From positions 7,440,001-7,504,000 of the forward strand of contig CP075492.1 in assembly GCA_021613535.1 (NCBI GenBank): a DNA stretch of 64,000 nucleotides. The letters run 5' to 3'. Below, one piece after another: positions 58,811-64,000 of the stretch. The position numbers and the translations under genes are program-made. Every line of letters begins with the position of its first letter. The stretch's first letter is position 1. Source of the DNA: Adineta vaga. Taxonomy: Eukaryota; Animalia; Rotifera. Below the pieces are notes generated by a model. The model worked only from the letters and a program-made list of their open reading frames with translations. It did not search any database and had not been told where the DNA came from.

Positions 58811-61082
58811 ATGGCATCGAATACATTTTATAATCAGACGAGGCAAGGAGATGAATAAAATGAAATGAAATGAAGTTATTTTTATATATTTTCTGTTTTC
58901 GAATTAGAAAACGACAGCCTCTTGATGATAGTATGTCAAAGAAACGTCAGGAAATTGTTTATCGACCTTCATTGATGAAAATGGCACATGTGACAAGAAC
59001 ATTTTGGACGCAAGCAGAAGCATTAGAATATATCACAGAAAAACAAAAAACGAATGATACAGTAAATGATAGTATCTTCATTATTGAAAGAGAAATGAAT
59101 TGTTTCTTTCGTCTGATAGGAAGAAATTCTTTATTTATTCAGTTTTGAATCACAACCTGAAGGTAAACGTCGATATCAAGTTGCTGATATAGATGTTTTT
59201 ATTCATGAATATTAGTAAGATTCTCATTTTCATCATTCTTTTTATCAAAACAAAAAAATAAGATAATTTAGTCAATTACCACCTAATCAACGGCATACAT
59301 ATGAAATTATTATTGATAGTAAGCAATATATAGGAATGGATAAATGAAATGTATCGATTTTGAATTTATAGAAAAACCATCGAAGCTTTACTTCGATCTT
59401 GAATATGATACAGCTGCTAATCCAAAACTTGATGGACCTAGATTAACGGCAAATTTTATTCAGGTATAATAAAAAAAATGACGGAATCTTATGTTACAAT
59501 GATAGCGAACAAACTCTATCAAACGAATGTAAGGATATGCAATAAATAACTATGTGTAATCAAGATAAAGCTGTAGCTGCTGATGCATGATTTGTTAAGT
59601 GAGAAATGTCATGCTGCTTTTTGCTTTTATCACTCGTTTGACATCTAAAGAGTTCTAATAGAATATCTGCGTCATCAATGCATGCTGAGAATATTTATTT
59701 GATTGTTGCATTGATGTATAAGAGATTAAATATGACGAATTGTTTATATTCTAGTTTGTACTTAATTTTATGCGAAAACGAAGCGATGATTTAGATTATT
59801 CAATTAAAGATGTACTTGTTCTGGATTCAACGTATGTAAAAAAATGTCTTCCAAACGAATATTTTTATTTTTCAAGTTTTTTATTTTTCTATATCGAAGA
59901 TCAGCAAAGAAATTCAGTCGTCATTTAATTTTTCAAACAAGAGATCCATTTCTCGATAATATTGCCGTAGGGAAATTTGTTAATCTCATCTTAGAAGATG
60001 TTCATGGTTGTTTAATAAATCATCAATGTTCTGCTGTTATCAATGCGGCCGCATCTCAACCTCAACATCAACAAACGCAATCTTATTCTGATTCATCAGT
60101 ATTTTCTCGAAATCTTCTATCAAGTCTTGAATCTTTTTTAAATCGATTTGAACAATGTGAATGTATTGATGATTATTCACAACTTAAATTTAAAGATATT
60201 ATTGAATTTATTATTAATAAAGGAGATGGAAGTGGAGTAATCTGGTTTTGTGATATGGGTAAGTAAATATCTTCCATAATTTTGAAATTTATCTTAACGA
60301 TACATTTCCAGGTGTATACACAAAAAATCGAGCATTTCGATTACTTCATTCAAGTAAATTTGATAAACAAGAATGTTTTACTGTTGCATTAGAAAATCAA
60401 TGGAAACCTATTTTACGACGTTCACATGCCTGTTCAACAATACCGAATGAAGCTGAACGACAAACATTTATGGCTTCACTTGTCTATTTTAATAAGTAGA
60501 TCCTTTTTTTTGGAATAATTGTTTATTATATATCGATAGAATACTTTTACTTTAGGCCTATTCGACGTTTTATTCATGTTGATGATGAACCTTTGATGAC
60601 AACAAAATCAATAATTTCACGTACTCAACGTTCAGGTCAATCATCGTACACGACTGAAGATATGAAAAAAATCTCCTTAGATTATCCTGAATTAGTTCAT
60701 TTTATGACTGATATTGCACGTGATAGAAGAACGAATGGAAATGAATTGTGTATGAGTCGATTATATAAAGCAAAAGAAATACAAAATGATTTTCGATGGG
60801 AAATTAGTTTTATGTATGTTGGTGATTATAAATATTGTGAAAGAATTAAACGTCATCATAAACAAAATAATATCTAGTAAGAATTAATTTGAGATACGCA
60901 AATGATATCTATAATTTGTCTTGATTTCTAGTTTTATTGTCGATATGCGTAAAGGTATTTATCGTCAGAAATGTCATGATCCAGATTGTAAAACATTTCA
61001 AGGAAAAGAACAAAAATTACCAATGAATGTTACACCATGGTTAATGATGCTTGATGAAGATTGGGAAAATCAAGAACCTTAA
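58811..61082 (+). CDS. PRIMPOL: DNA-directed primase/polymerase
   Basis: HTYEII, KLYFDLEY (DxE motif), KFSRHLIF, DMGVYTKNRAFRLLHSSK, Zn finger YCERIKRHHKQNNI...QKCHDPDC; stop 61080-61082. Confidence 0.95.
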
Positions 61083-61231
61083 TTAATATGAAGGAAATAT
61101 TGTAGATTATTTTTATTTGTTATGTATGATTATATTGTTGAAAAAAAAATGGATTTATGAATTACTGTTCTTGTAGATCAATGCAATAGAGAAAGAAAAA
61201 AATAATATACTAATTAAAAAAAAACATTTCG

Positions 61232-63161
61232 TTATTCTTTATTTAATTTCTCTTTTACAAATTCTTGATTATTTTTATACATTTGAAAATGAGGATGATT
61301 TGAACATAATGAACGTTCTCCTGTTTCAATAGCTTTCCCATGAAATTCTAATGCTTTTAAATAATCTTTTAGATTTGTATATACTGCACCCATATTATTG
61401 TAACATGTAGCAAACATTGGATGATTTTTTGGAAGAATTCTATCAGCTATTTGAAGTGCTCTTTTATAGAATAGAAGAGCTTTAGTATATTCTCCCATAT
61501 TATACAATATTAAACCGATACTATTATGAGATATAGCTAATGAAAGATGATTTGGTGGAAGAATGTATTCTTCAATTTCTAATGCTTTTTGCTGAGAAAC
61601 TAATGCATTCGAATATTCTTTCATATTATTATATGTTACAGCCATACTTTTATAACATGTAGCCAATGTAAGATGAGTTGATGGAAATGCTTCTTGATAG
61701 ATTTGAAGTGATTTTCTATAAAATTCTATTGCTTCAGAATAATTCTGTTGACTATCTTTAATAATACCCATTTGATGATATACATAAGCTTTTTCAAGAT
61801 CATTAGTAATGAATTTTAATAGGACATTATATACTTCTTCAGCAACATTGAAATTTCCTAATCGTATCAATAAATTTCCTAATCTTGGCCATCCAATTTT
61901 TTGTTGTATTTCTTCTTGTGTTTCTTGTCATATTTTTTCTGTTAAAACACTCAATTGTTTATCATTATCATTCGTTAATGTTAAATCAACTTGCCAAAAT
62001 TTATCATTTTCAACATCAATTTGTTTAATATCATCAATACGAAAGATTGTATGCATAGAAAAGAGAATTTCTTGTTCAGAACTTTTATAATAACTCGTTT
62101 TAGATAATGATGCACATTGTGCAGAAGGAATTGATGGATTAATACTCATTTGAAAAATAATTCCAATGGAATTTGGATTCGTATGAACAGCATGACGAGT
62201 AAATGAAATAGCTACATCACGTTTTTTTGATGTTGACAAGAAATTATTAAATGATAATAATCCACCTTTTGTTTTCATTAATTTACTAAAATCATGTCGT
62301 CCTAAACTTTGACCTCGATAGACAGTAAATGATTTCATATGTCGACGAGTTTTTGTGAATTGTTTCTTATGTAAATAGTCAATGTGAAGATGAAGATCAC
62401 GAATAAAAAATCCCATTTTAATAATTGTATCAAGTTCAAAATTACGTAATGCTCGATTAAGCATAGAATAAACACAACAATCATATGTATACCACCAAAT
62501 TGGTGATTGACGATGATATTCACGTTCGAATTTATTAATATTTTTCAATTCATAACTATTATCTGCATTAGAAATCTCGACAATAAGATGCTAAATCTTT
62601 AACAAAATGTTTATCATTATAAGTAATTTCTAAAAGAATTTCTTTTAAGATTTGTGTATACATAAATGATGGATCGAGTTGATTAATATTTTCTTGTGTT
62701 GTAACAAAACTCATTGAAATATAATTTTCATCACAATATTGTGCTGATTGTTTTAATGATTTACATATAGCTGGAATTGTTGTGTAAACTTCTTTAATTT
62801 TAGAAAATTGTTTAATCCATTGTCGATGAATATATTTTATATGACAAAGAATATAAATTGAATCGAGTTGAGACATTTCATGAATGATTGGAATACCTGT
62901 TCGACCAAGAACACCAGAAATAATAAGAAATGCTTTGGCATTTTGTAATTCATTGAGAAAACTACGACATTGTTCAATATTTGTGAATAGATGAATGGTG
63001 TTTACAATACGTCGTAGATGAAAGATGTTCGTTTGATGTGCATCTGTACTTTCATCAAAACTTGAATCTAGCCAGATTAAAACAAAATTTTGAACAAGAC
63101 GACGGGGATGAGTGACTGAAGTCAAAGAACTAAAGGTATCTGTTGAGTAATCAGAGCCCAT
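61232..63161 (-). pseudogene. Receiver-like + R-S-E ADP-ribosyltransferase + TPR protein, disrupted by a +1 frameshift (~62569) and an in-frame TGA (61928-61930)
   Basis: Three collinear ORFs: FVLIWLD...LIISG...SIYILC; PIWWYT..VYSMLNRALR, TVYRGQ, NNFLSTS, EQEILF; about five TPRs (LATCYKSMA, SHNSIG, CYNNMG). Confidence 0.85.
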
Positions 63162-63752
63162 TTAGATGAGAATCGATAGGAAAAAATATGAAAATTTATG
63201 TTTAATATAATATACGATGTATTTGATGCAATGAAAATATTGACTTATAAACTTCACCTGAGACACTCTAAGTAGAATGCCACGTAATCGTTTCAAATAA
63301 AATGGTTAAATAGTACTCAAAAAAGAAGAAGGAAGAAAAGCGTGACATTGTACTGTATGAATAAGAATTTAAGTCAATGTATTATATCATGAATGTAATG
63401 ATACACATATCGAAATTTATGATTTTGATACGCTTTGAAAGGATATTCACATGATTCTATGGATTGAGAATTATTCTCAATGATCTTTAATCACACTATG
63501 GAAATCTCAACATACAATTAAATTGATTCTTGATCTTGAGGGTAAGAGTGTGAGTGTAGATTGGAAAATAATATTGACTCTCACCCACCCGCCCGCCCTC
63601 AAGATAAAACATGATGATACAGTTGATATTGTAAAAAATGAATTCGATAGCATTATCATTTAGTTTTGTAACTATTATATTCTTTAGAAAAATTGATTTA
63701 TTCAAATTCTTTCCTTTCATATACAAAAAAAATAGTTGAAGAAGCGTTTTAA

Positions 63753-63947
63753 TTAAATAACTGTATTTGATCTACCATAACGTTTGATTTCTGCAGGTAA
63801 AGATTTCGATTCAATAAATTGTTTCAATTCATCACTATTAATTGTCATAATCATTGTATGTTCACCACTGAGTGGTTCATCTATAGGTGCATATCGACCA
63901 AAATATCGTCGAACAAATCCTCGTTCAATCAAACGAACAAATGTCTT
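63753..63947 (-). CDS. Terminal exon of an unidentified gene entering from beyond the window end
   Basis: Open frame TFVRLIERGFVRRYFGRYAPIDEPLSGEH...SNTVI* after a pyrimidine-rich acceptor; host-like codon usage. Confidence 0.5.
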   Translation of the reverse strand, partial: KTFVRLIERGFVRRYFGRYAPIDEPLSGEHTMIMTINSDELKQFIESKSLPAEIKRYGRSNTVI

Positions 63948-64000
63948 GACAAAAGAAAACAAGATAGAATACATAGAAAAGAAATCATTCGATAAATTAT

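Noticed and set aside
61928-61930. In-frame TGA as selenocysteine or programmed readthrough
   Set aside because: The position corresponds to a likely Arg (CGA>TGA), no SECIS was recognised, and the gene has a second lesion.

Overview
AT-rich, very gene-dense eukaryotic (animal) genomic DNA with many short (~50-70 nt) GT-AG introns and intergenic gaps often only 150-350 bp. The compact architecture, bacterial-type genes and a receiver-like/ART/TPR gene point to a bdelloid rotifer (inference). About 28 loci are visible. Most are housekeeping: EDC4, TMEM179, RagA/B, PGAP2, SNX3/12, GAR1, TMEM144, GLTP/CPTP, V-ATPase B, HAL, type I DGK, SNX9/18, RRN3, TBCC, GMPS, SPSB and PRIMPOL. Notable items: (1) an intronless bacterial-type beta-carotene hydroxylase (crtZ) and an intron-containing bacterial-type PhyH dioxygenase, both HGT candidates; (2) three NAD+-consuming, defence-type enzymes (WWE-PARP, ARM-TIR, and a disrupted REC-like/R-S-E ADP-ribosyltransferase/TPR gene); (3) a KIF13-like kinesin-3 stalk plus CAP-Gly gene with no motor domain in the window; (4) an eIF1 pseudogene missed by the ORF track, with mostly C>T/G>A lesions; (5) an orphan Cys-loop receptor lacking the ACh aromatic box; (6) a 1-nt frameshift in SPSB. 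All calls come from manual translation and motif recognition; no searches were run, and exon boundaries and some start codons are approximate.
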